A DNA stretch of 27,449 bases, from the IMG/VR virus record IMGVR_UViG_3300030330_000271, positions 1-27,449 of that record, one strand, 5' to 3'. The notes under the pieces are model-generated. The model was not told the origin of the DNA. It did not search any database and saw nothing but the letters and a program-made list of their open reading frames with translations. Below are positions 7,285 through 14,974 of this stretch, one piece after another (within the stretch, counting starts at the first letter, position 1; each line of letters begins with the position of its first letter). The position numbers and the translations under genes are program-made. Source of the DNA: a virus. Taxonomy: Duplodnaviria > Caudoviricetes.

Positions 7285-9596
7285 CCAAAATAAATTTTGT
7301 TACTTCTTTTAATGAAGAAATATATAAGGTTGCAGGACATCACCTTATTAATTCTATTGATAATAATTGGGAACCTAGTTTAAAATTAAAATGTTATTAT
7401 CATAAACTTGATCCTAAAAATTATTCTTTTAAATCTGATATATCTTTAGAACCTTTAGATTCTATAGAAGAATACACAGAATTTTTAAAAGTAAATAAAG
7501 AACATGATGGTACAGAGTTTGGTAAGATACCTTATAACTGGAGACTAGATGCATTAAGATGGTCACATAAAGTATTTGCTTTAACAGAATATGCATTTGA
7601 ATTATCAGAGAAAGATGCACAAGCAGGTTGGTTAATATGGATTGATGCTGACTCTGTTAGTAGTAAAAGATTAGTACCTGATGATATACTTGGTATGTTA
7701 CCTGAAGCTTGTGATATAGCTTTTGCAGGTGCAAGAGATATGGATGGTGGAACATATGTTGATTGTTCTTTCATGGCTTTTAATTTAAATAAAAGACCTG
7801 CTCTTGATTTACTTGGTGATTTACGTGGTGCTTATATATCAGGAGAACTCTTGCAATATAGAGAATGGAATGATGCTTTTATAACAGAGAGACTTTTAAA
7901 TATATACAAAGCTCATGGTATGAAAATACAACCTGTTCCACAAATAAAAGAATATATTACACACTTTGAAGGTATACATAATGTTAATACTATTCCTGTT
8001 AGAGATGCTCAAGGTAATAGATTAGTTTCTTTATCAGAAGAACACACCTCTCAAGATATAACACCTTCAAGACATAAACATTTAGCTGATATTATTAGAC
8101 AACACAAACCTAAATCTATTGTAGAAACTGGTACTTGGAATGGTGGTCGTGCTATTGAAATGTCTCTTGCTGCTTTTGAAAATCAAGATGAGATACATTA
8201 TAAAGGTTTTGATTTATTTGAAGATGGTACTATGGAGACAGATGCAGAAGAGTTTAATGTTAAAGCACATAATACAAAAGCTGCTGTAGTAAAAAGACTA
8301 AATCAATTTAAAGAAAAGATGAAAGAGAAAAATAAAATCTTTAATTTTGAAATAGTTAAAGGTAACTCTAGGACTACATTAAAAGAACATAAGAATGTAA
8401 ATGCAGACTTTGCTTTGATAGGTGGTGGTAATAGTATTAAGACTACAGAAAGTGACTATCAAAATTTAAAACATATTCCTGTTGTTATGGTAGATAACTT
8501 CTTCAGAGAAGATGATGACAAAAATATTCCTGATAAAAAATATCATGGTACAAATACTTTAACTGACAGATTAAAAGGTCATAAGACTATACGTAGATGG
8601 ATTATACCTTCACAAGATAGAGTACGTGGTGGTGGTCATACACACATGGCACTTATACTACATGATAAATCTCTTCCTGATATACCTAAAAGTTTATTAA
8701 GTGTACCTATTGTAGTTAATCCTCGTGATTGTGTACCTAAAGATTTTATTAGAGATAATATTAGAAACAATTTAAAACTTATAAAGACATGGCTAGGTAA
8801 ATTTCCTTTACATAAAGGTAATGTTATTCTTGTATCAGGTGGTCCTTATTTAAATATAGAAGAACTAAAAACACATATAAGAAACAATCCTACCAGTAAA
8901 ATTGTTTGTGTAAAACATTCTTATCCTACACTTATTAACAATGGTATAATACCTTGGGCATGTATTGTTCTTGATCCTAGACCTATTACAGGTACAAGTA
9001 CACATGGTGTAGTAAGAAAAGAATTATTTAAAAAGATAGAAAAGAAAACAAAGTTCTTTGTAGCATCTATGACAGATCCTTCTGTTACTGAATATCTTAT
9101 AGAGAAAGGTGCAGAGATACATGGATGGCATGCATTTACAGAATCATTACGTGATCCTGAAGAACAACAAAAGAAAATACAAAATCAATCAGTAAAAATA
9201 AATCCAGAGATAGGTATACCTGAAGGTTCTACTCTTATTACAGGTGGTACATGTGCTGCTATGAGAGCATTAGGTATTATGCATACTATGGGATTTAGAC
9301 ACTTTGATTTATTTGGTTTTGATTGTAGCATGGAAGAACCTACTGAAGAGCAAAAGAAAGAAACAACAGGTGCTGAAGATGAAGAACCTAAACCTAAATA
9401 TTTTAAAGTTGGTGTAGGTAATAAAAACTATTGGACTACTGGAGAGTTATTAGCTATGGCACAGGATTGTGAAAGAACTTTTACTAATCCTCCAATGGAA
9501 ATGAGTTTAAATTTATTTGGTAAAGATACTTTAGTTTCTTCTTTGTGGGAATTACAACCTAAACCAAAAACATTTGAGGAAACATTTGATGGATAA
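7281..9596 (+). CDS. Tri-domain protein: GT-A glycosyltransferase + class I SAM methyltransferase-like + Maf/DUF115 (MptE-like) domain
   Basis: N-terminal: VTSF, RWSHKVFA, WIDAD. Middle: IVETGTWNG, GFDLFE, KGNS. C-terminal: VSGGP.L, CVK, LDPR, GGT.AA.RA, GFR.F.LFGFDCS. Confidence 0.78.
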   Translation: MTKINFVTSFNEEIYKVAGHHLINSIDNNWEPSLKLKCYYHKLDPKNYSFKSDISLEPLDSIEEYTEFLKVNKEHDGTEFGKIPYNWRLDALRWSHKVFALTEYAFELSEKDAQAGWLIWIDADSVSSKRLVPDDILGMLPEACDIAFAGARDMDGGTYVDCSFMAFNLNKRPALDLLGDLRGAYISGELLQYREWNDAFITERLLNIYKAHGMKIQPVPQIKEYITHFEGIHNVNTIPVRDAQGNRLVSLSEEHTSQDITPSRHKHLADIIRQHKPKSIVETGTWNGGRAIEMSLAAFENQDEIHYKGFDLFEDGTMETDAEEFNVKAHNTKAAVVKRLNQFKEKMKEKNKIFNFEIVKGNSRTTLKEHKNVNADFALIGGGNSIKTTESDYQNLKHIPVVMVDNFFREDDDKNIPDKKYHGTNTLTDRLKGHKTIRRWIIPSQDRVRGGGHTHMALILHDKSLPDIPKSLLSVPIVVNPRDCVPKDFIRDNIRNNLKLIKTWLGKFPLHKGNVILVSGGPYLNIEELKTHIRNNPTSKIVCVKHSYPTLINNGIIPWACIVLDPRPITGTSTHGVVRKELFKKIEKKTKFFVASMTDPSVTEYLIEKGAEIHGWHAFTESLRDPEEQQKKIQNQSVKINPEIGIPEGSTLITGGTCAAMRALGIMHTMGFRHFDLFGFDCSMEEPTEEQKKETTGAEDEEPKPKYFKVGVGNKNYWTTGELLAMAQDCERTFTNPPMEMSLNLFGKDTLVSSLWELQPKPKTFEETFDG

Positions 9597-10233
9597 TTAT
9601 GTACTACCAAAAAAACCAGAACCTTCTGAAAAATATGTAGAACTTGTAGAAGCTTACAAAGATCTACACAAAGAAGAAGATAAGTTTAGAGGTATAAGTT
9701 TAGTACCTTTTGCATATGATATATACAATATATTGTTACATAATAATTGTAAAAGTATATTAGATTATGGATGTGGTAAAGCTATACCTTATAAAGAGAA
9801 TCATAGAGATGTAGATCCTAAAAAGAAGATACCTAACTTTGATAAACCATTACATAAATGGTGGGGAGTAGATGAATTATTTTTATATGATCCTGCTTAT
9901 CCAGAACATGATAAGCTACCCACTAAAAAATATGACATGGTAATTTGTACTGATGTTCTTGAACATATACCTGAAGAAGATTTAGATTGGGTTATAAGAG
10001 AGTTATGTTCTTTCTCACAAAGTACTATGTTTATTAATGTATCTACCTTACCTGCTAAAAAAACTTTTAAAACAGGTAAATATAAAGGAGAAAATGTACA
10101 TGTAACTGTGCATAACCATGAGTGGTGGTTAAACAAAGTAAGTAAAATATGGAATGATAATAAAAATTTAAAAATATACTTGACTTCTACATCAAACGAA
10201 GGTATAATGGGAACATGCATTAAAGGAGAATAA
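9574..10233 (+). CDS. Class I SAM-dependent methyltransferase
   Basis: ILDYGCGKA, YDPA and YDMVICTDVLEHIPE. The true start is probably the ATG at 9589, after GAGG. Confidence 0.88.
   Translation: MRKHLMDNYVLPKKPEPSEKYVELVEAYKDLHKEEDKFRGISLVPFAYDIYNILLHNNCKSILDYGCGKAIPYKENHRDVDPKKKIPNFDKPLHKWWGVDELFLYDPAYPEHDKLPTKKYDMVICTDVLEHIPEEDLDWVIRELCSFSQSTMFINVSTLPAKKTFKTGKYKGENVHVTVHNHEWWLNKVSKIWNDNKNLKIYLTSTSNEGIMGTCIKGE
10180..10208 (+). promoter_or_regulatory. Sigma70-type promoter P3 inside the 3' end of the methyltransferase gene
   Basis: TTGACT (10180-10185), 17 bp spacer, TATAAT (10203-10208), with an upstream A-tract. Confidence 0.8.
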
Positions 10234-10238
10234 GCATC

Positions 10239-10379
10239 ATGTTTCCATACAACGAAGACGAATGGCTGTGGTTATCAGCTAGAAAAACTTTACAAGGAGA
10301 ATTAACTATATGGCAAAGAAAGTTAAAGAGACCAAAGATAATAAAAAAATTGCATACATTATTGCAGCGATTCTTTTAG
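10239..10379 (+). CDS. Small ORF, 46 aa (MFPYNEDEWLWLSARK...); not in the ORF track
   Basis: First ATG after P3, with SD AAAGGAG at 10222-10228. It overlaps the next gene by 70 nt. Confidence 0.45.
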   Translation: MFPYNEDEWLWLSARKTLQGELTIWQRKLKRPKIIKKLHTLLQRFF

Positions 10380-10651
10380 GAATAATTATTCTTGGTTCTA
10401 TTATAAGTAAACCTACTAAAGAAGCAGAAGCAAACGAAGGATCAGGTACTTGGTCTGGAGGTTATAGGTACTACTATGATATGGATGAGAATGATAAAAG
10501 TAAATTAAGACTATTTGGTAAATATAAACAAGCAGATGGTGACGCTTTTAAAATAGGATATGATAGACAAGTTGGTAAAGATTTAAATCAGTTTGAAAAG
10601 AATCCTGATGATGATGGTGTTATCTTCTTTGAACAAGAATGGAAATTCTAA
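10310..10651 (+). CDS. Exported protein resembling a miniature outer-membrane beta-barrel subunit
   Basis: SD AAGGAG, N-terminal hydrophobic helix, AEA cleavage-like site, four alternating-pattern strands and C-terminal FFEQEWKF. Confidence 0.6.
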   Translation: MAKKVKETKDNKKIAYIIAAILLGIIILGSIISKPTKEAEANEGSGTWSGGYRYYYDMDENDKSKLRLFGKYKQADGDAFKIGYDRQVGKDLNQFEKNPDDDGVIFFEQEWKF

Positions 10652-10797
10652 TGAAAACATTTTTACTACTATTGAGTGTGGGGTTAGCTTCAGCTTGTGC
10701 TTTAGAAACACATCATGCTCAAGATGATTCAGTAATACAAGACGTTACAGTTATTAAATCTGCTAATGCTTGTACACAGGAAGGGAGTTGTAAGTAA
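10651..10797 (+). CDS. Small putative lipoprotein, 48 aa (not in the ORF track)
   Basis: MKTFLLLLSVGLASAC is a signal peptide with a lipobox-like Cys. TAATG overlaps occur at both ends. Confidence 0.7.
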   Translation: MKTFLLLLSVGLASACALETHHAQDDSVIQDVTVIKSANACTQEGSCK

Positions 10798-10922
10798 TGA
10801 TTAAATGGATAATTGCTGCTATTGTAGTAGCTGTAATAGCTTATGGTGGATGGTATTACCATACTCATCCATCAGGAGATCAAGTTATAGAAGAAATAAT
10901 TAAAGAAACTGGCACAGAATAA
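10797..10922 (+). CDS. Small single-pass membrane protein, 41 aa (not in the ORF track)
   Basis: MIKWIIAAIVVAVIAYGGWYYHTHPSGDQVIEEIIKETGTE*. TAATG overlaps occur at both ends. Confidence 0.7.
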   Translation: MIKWIIAAIVVAVIAYGGWYYHTHPSGDQVIEEIIKETGTE

Positions 10923-11263
10923 TGCCAGAGGTATTTAAAGTAGCCATGCTACTTGTATGTTTTCATGGTGATTGCACACGATTTGAAAGTGCTCCTTACT
11001 CAAGAGACTTAAGTCAAGAGTTTTGTAGAAAGATGTTAGTCTATACTTTTCAAACTCAAGTTGGACCTTACTACGATAAGATTATAGATTTTGAGAAGGA
11101 TTCACCTGAAGATATTAAGATAACCTATGCAGGTTGTGATGTTACACAGCGAAGACCAGATATAGATAATGATTGGAGAATAACCCCTAATGCAGATCCA
11201 GAACATATTATCCCAGATCAAAATGATCTTAGGTGGCAACAAGAAAAAGGACAAGACTTATAA
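10922..11263 (+). CDS. Hypothetical four-Cys, probably exported protein
   Basis: Hydrophobic N-terminus and four Cys residues. It is coupled to the upstream gene by TAATG. Confidence 0.7.
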   Translation: MPEVFKVAMLLVCFHGDCTRFESAPYSRDLSQEFCRKMLVYTFQTQVGPYYDKIIDFEKDSPEDIKITYAGCDVTQRRPDIDNDWRITPNADPEHIIPDQNDLRWQQEKGQDL

Positions 11264-11348
11264 AGATAATAAGTGGATAACTTATTCTATATACTATGGT
11301 ATTATTACAGGTATAGTTGCAGGTCTTTTTCATTGGGTTGTTAATTAA
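11223..11348 (+). CDS. Small membrane peptide, 41 aa (not in the ORF track)
   Basis: MILGGNKKKDKTYKDNKWITYSIYYGIITGIVAGLFHWVVN*. It fills the gap and its stop overlaps the terS ATG. Confidence 0.5.
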   Translation: MILGGNKKKDKTYKDNKWITYSIYYGIITGIVAGLFHWVVN

Positions 11349-11764
11349 TGGCACTAAATGACAAACAAGAAAAGTTTGCTCAAGCTTATATATTACATCA
11401 AAATGCTACAGTTGCTGCAAAAGAAGCAGGATATTCAGGATCTTCTGAACAATCTTTTGCAACACAAGGACATAGACTTCTTGGTAATCAAGAGGTTAAA
11501 GAACGTATTGCAGAATTAGAAAGTACATTAGAAACTTCAGTAGATGTTATTACTGAAATAGAAAAACAATATGAGTTTGCTAAAGCAAATGGTCATACTA
11601 ATAGTGCTATTAAAGCATTAGAATTATTATCACGTACTAGAGGAGCCAAAAGCGAGACAGAAATTGATATGTCTGCTGAAGGTTTAGAAGCTAATATTAT
11701 AGAGAATTTAAAAGTATTAGGTAAAGAAAAAGTTATGAAGCTTGTAAAAAAATGTGGCTTTTAA
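11348..11764 (+). CDS. terS: Terminase small subunit
   Basis: LNDKQEKFAQAY...NATVAAKEAGYS......G.RLL....V...I.EL HTH pattern, plus AIKALELL. Confidence 0.88.
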   Translation: MALNDKQEKFAQAYILHQNATVAAKEAGYSGSSEQSFATQGHRLLGNQEVKERIAELESTLETSVDVITEIEKQYEFAKANGHTNSAIKALELLSRTRGAKSETEIDMSAEGLEANIIENLKVLGKEKVMKLVKKCGF

Positions 11765-11770
11765 TTTTAA

Positions 11771-12349
11771 CTACTGACCTGCCAAAGGATTGTTTAAAGC
11801 ACGTTCCAAAAGTTTTATTATTCTATCTTCTAATTCTTTTAGTTTCATATCTATCACTTCTCCTCTTCTAACTGCATCTGATTCAATAGCAGTACGCTTA
11901 TTGTCAAACCTGTCACTTGCATGATCAATCATAGTTCTTAAATCTGTTTCAGTTTGTCTAAGAGAAGCTCTTACTTCTTGATCCATATTACGAGAACGTC
12001 TATCAACTCCAGCAACTTGATCCTGTACTTCATTAATATCTTTTCTTAAATCTATTCTTATAGTTCGTGCATCATCTTGTGCTGCACCTACCAATTCTTT
12101 TACACTACGTAATTCTGTACCCATATTATCTTCTAAAGAAATAATTCTTTCTTCTAATATATCTAATTTTAAATTAAAACCAGAAAGATCAGGAGCAACA
12201 TATTCATTTATCTTTTCCTCCATAGCTACCCACCTAGCATAACCTTCAAATCCTGCCCATATAGCACCACCTAAAGTTCCTAGTAATGGGAAAATTAAAA
12301 ATAATTTACCACCTTTTACTTTAATACCTTGATATTCTACTTCACTCAT
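11771..12349 (-). CDS. Membrane-anchored long coiled-coil protein
   Basis: TM segment at about residues 15-34, then ~130 aa of heptad-rich helix ending in NNPLAGQ. Confidence 0.75.
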   Translation of the reverse strand: MSEVEYQGIKVKGGKLFLIFPLLGTLGGAIWAGFEGYARWVAMEEKINEYVAPDLSGFNLKLDILEERIISLEDNMGTELRSVKELVGAAQDDARTIRIDLRKDINEVQDQVAGVDRRSRNMDQEVRASLRQTETDLRTMIDHASDRFDNKRTAIESDAVRRGEVIDMKLKELEDRIIKLLERALNNPLAGQ

Positions 12350-13928
12350 ATTGTTGTTGAATCATCCTTTCCATTTGTAAGCTTGATCTAACAGAGATAT
12401 AATCTCCAAGAGGATCAGGCATTAATTGATCAGCGTAAATCTCTTCCTCTGCATACCATTGCATCTGTTGTACTATATCTTGTTGTTGATATTGTTGTAT
12501 ATCAGGACCAAGAGCAGTTACTAATGCTATGGTTGTCATCTGTGCTACAGGATCATATTGTGATTGTATTGTAGCTAGTATCTCGTTTGCTTTTTCTTGT
12601 TTCTTTTCTTGTTCTTTTGTAGTTTCTAATTTCTTTGGTTCTGTTTTCTGATCCACTTCTTCTGCATCCATATCCTTACTCGCAACTTCCTTCTCTTGTG
12701 GTTCAGTCTCTTCTTTAGCTTCTTCTTTAATCTCTTCCATGTTATTGTCTTCAGAAACATCAGCGACCTCCTTTGTAGGTTCTTCGTTAGTTTCTTCTAC
12801 AACTTCAACAGGTTCTTCTTTAATCTCCTCAATAACTTCAACAGTTTCTGTAACAGTTTCTGTTTCTACTTCTACTTCTACTGGTTCTTCTACTGGTTGT
12901 TCAATAGCAACCTCTTTAACCTCTTCTAATGTAGGCATAGCTACGTCAACATCCATTCCTATATCTTGTATTTCTTCTACCATTTCCTGAACTTCTGTTA
13001 TAACTTCTTCATATGATATAGTACCTTCATTATATTCTTCCATCATAGTACCCATTTCTATAGGTATATCTACTATCATCTCTTCCATAGGTTGTTCCAT
13101 AGTAGGCATATCAAATGTCATAACCATATCAAATTCTTCCATCATCTCATCCATTTGATATTGTTCTTCTGGTGTAGCAATGTCATATTGCTCTATTAAT
13201 TCTACTGTTATTTGATCTTCCATTAATGCTGGTTGAACAATTTCTATCCATGTTTCTACTGATGTTGTTATGTGATTGTAATTAACTGTGTATTCTACAT
13301 TATCAAAAAAATAATTCTTTGCTCCACCTATTCTTATAAATACCTTATCTAAATCTCCTGCAAAATCATACGTTCCTGTGTATGTTGTAGGTGTTTGATT
13401 ATTTTGTAATGTAATTTGTCCTGTATCCCATTGCAGAACATTATTATTATATCCTTTTGTTTGAAAATATCCTGTGGTATTTGCTTGTGAATGATGCATT
13501 TGTAGTTCCCATTCTAATGCACCACCATCTGATATATGAAATTGTGATATATCTACGTACTGATCAAAGGTTGTGTGTGAACTTGATGTGCCTTTACCAC
13601 ATGTACCTGTACCAAAGTACGCATTACAATTTGGCATACTTGCAGGACCTAGCCCACCCCAATCCAGATCCATATCACCCTCATAGCGATTCGCTACGAT
13701 ACCTGTATCTTTGTGTAGTATATCACCTGTTGTTTTATGTTCAACAGTTGTAGTAGTCTCTGTTATTGTATCTATATGTCCTTCACCTAGATGTTCAGTC
13801 TCTATTTCTTGAGTGACTGTATCACCCTCTGGTAACATTTGAGCATTAGAGGAATAACAGTATAAGAAGAACAGAGAAGATACCAAGAGCACCTTCGTCA
13901 TTAATAATTTCTTCATCTTTAACAGCAT
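12342..13928 (-). CDS. Exported protein with a beta-rich N-domain, a very acidic extended linker and a Gln-rich C-terminus
   Basis: Signal peptide (probable start 13901, MTKVLLVSSLFFLYCYSSNA), a Cys pair and an E/V/M-rich low-complexity region. Confidence 0.75.
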   Translation of the reverse strand: MLLKMKKLLMTKVLLVSSLFFLYCYSSNAQMLPEGDTVTQEIETEHLGEGHIDTITETTTTVEHKTTGDILHKDTGIVANRYEGDMDLDWGGLGPASMPNCNAYFGTGTCGKGTSSSHTTFDQYVDISQFHISDGGALEWELQMHHSQANTTGYFQTKGYNNNVLQWDTGQITLQNNQTPTTYTGTYDFAGDLDKVFIRIGGAKNYFFDNVEYTVNYNHITTSVETWIEIVQPALMEDQITVELIEQYDIATPEEQYQMDEMMEEFDMVMTFDMPTMEQPMEEMIVDIPIEMGTMMEEYNEGTISYEEVITEVQEMVEEIQDIGMDVDVAMPTLEEVKEVAIEQPVEEPVEVEVETETVTETVEVIEEIKEEPVEVVEETNEEPTKEVADVSEDNNMEEIKEEAKEETEPQEKEVASKDMDAEEVDQKTEPKKLETTKEQEKKQEKANEILATIQSQYDPVAQMTTIALVTALGPDIQQYQQQDIVQQMQWYAEEEIYADQLMPDPLGDYISVRSSLQMERMIQQQYE

Positions 13929-14385
13929 TCTCTTTTAACCACTTCTCATAATCAGGTCTTTTTTCAGGATTATCTAACCATTCTTGTGCAGCTTCAATTC
14001 CAATTTTGCCCATATATGGACAAGGTGTACCTGCCATTTCCATAGCAGAAAATACTCTTTCGTCTTGACATAGCATAGATACTGCTGCAACTTTCATACC
14101 CATTCTATATAAAGCACGACTTAATTTTAATCTTTCACAATTTAAATCTCTTATAGATGTACCACCTGCTATACCTAGTATTTGTGATTGAATAGCAGCA
14201 GATGCAGCAAAGCTACAGACATCTTGATTACTGTTCATAATAGATGGAGCACTTGCAGTTGATGGAGCTCTATCAACACTTGTTGTTCCACTAACAGTAG
14301 AGGTAGTAGATGTTACTGTATTCGTTTGTGCAAAACTTTGTAATGAAAATAAAAATGCAAATATAAATAAAAAATATTTAACCAT
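13846..14385 (-). CDS. Exported Cys-containing protein with a C-terminal membrane anchor
   Basis: Probable start 14385 (MVKYFLFIFAFLFSLQSFA signal peptide), S/T-rich N-terminus, four Cys (DVC, NCERLKLSR, LCQD, GTPCP) and a terminal hydrophobic helix. Confidence 0.78.
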   Translation of the reverse strand: MVKYFLFIFAFLFSLQSFAQTNTVTSTTSTVSGTTSVDRAPSTASAPSIMNSNQDVCSFAASAAIQSQILGIAGGTSIRDLNCERLKLSRALYRMGMKVAAVSMLCQDERVFSAMEMAGTPCPYMGKIGIEAAQEWLDNPEKRPDYEKWLKENAVKDEEIINDEGALGIFSVLLILLFL

Positions 14386-14731
14386 ATGCAAAACTTTCTC
14401 CACATCCACATTGTGAGGTAGCATTAGGATTATTAATTTTTAAATAACTTCCTGCTACATCTTTAGTAAAATCTATAATTGTACCTAATACATACATAAT
14501 AGCAGTAGGATGTATGTATAATAAACCTTTATCTAATTTAATAATCTCATCTGAATTAACATCTTTCACTTCTGAATTAACAAATTCCCATTTATAATTA
14601 AAGCCTGCACAACCACCACCTTCAATAGATAACTGTACACCTAATGCTTTGTGTTCATCTATGGTATTTGATAAGTATTCATTAGCTTCTTTAGTAATAG
14701 ATACTGGTGACACTATTGTTTCTCCATCCAT
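14378..14731 (-). CDS. iscA: A-type Fe-S cluster carrier (IscA/SufA/HesB family)
   Basis: GGGCAGF.Y, G..IDF and NPNATSQCGCGESF; all three conserved Cys are present. Confidence 0.95.
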   Translation of the reverse strand: MDGETIVSPVSITKEANEYLSNTIDEHKALGVQLSIEGGGCAGFNYKWEFVNSEVKDVNSDEIIKLDKGLLYIHPTAIMYVLGTIIDFTKDVAGSYLKINNPNATSQCGCGESFAYG

Positions 14732-14970
14732 CTATCTAGTTTCTCTTCTAGTCTATCAAATCTATCTAGTATTTTATTAACTTCACTATATACTTCTTTT
14801 TTTGTAGCATAGTTTGTAGCCATAAACTCTCTAGTCTTTGCATCAGACAATGCATGTTCTTTTAAATCTTCACGTAGTTTATTTATATCACTATTAGTAC
14901 CACGTATCCACCATAGGAATGCACCTACTGCTAAAGTTAATACAGCATTCCATAACATTATGTCTTGCAT
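14713..14970 (-). CDS. Small N-terminal TM + coiled-coil protein (holin-like candidate)
   Basis: One TM helix at residues 4-22 and a charged coiled-coil tail (ILDRFDRLEEKLDR). The holin role is inferred. Confidence 0.5.
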   Translation of the reverse strand: MQDIMLWNAVLTLAVGAFLWWIRGTNSDINKLREDLKEHALSDAKTREFMATNYATKKEVYSEVNKILDRFDRLEEKLDRWMEKQ

Positions 14971-14974
14971 TGTC

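Noticed and set aside
7532-10220. Minus-strand ORFs 7532-7774, 9428-9610 and 9897-10220
   Set aside because: They are antisense shadows of the GT/MTase genes.
9574-10233. DNA methyltransferase or restriction-modification system
   Set aside because: It lacks DPPY/NPPY or PCQ catalytic motifs. The DVLEH pattern fits small-molecule or sugar methyltransferases.
11755-11780. Bidirectional terminator at the convergence of the two arms
   Set aside because: Only 6 nt separate the stop codons and no GC-rich stem is present.
12640-13060. Repetitive TTCTTC/TTCTAC-rich DNA
   Set aside because: It is explained by the Glu/Val/Pro-rich linker (EEPVEV-like units). It is not a regular tandem array, CRISPR or DGR repeat.
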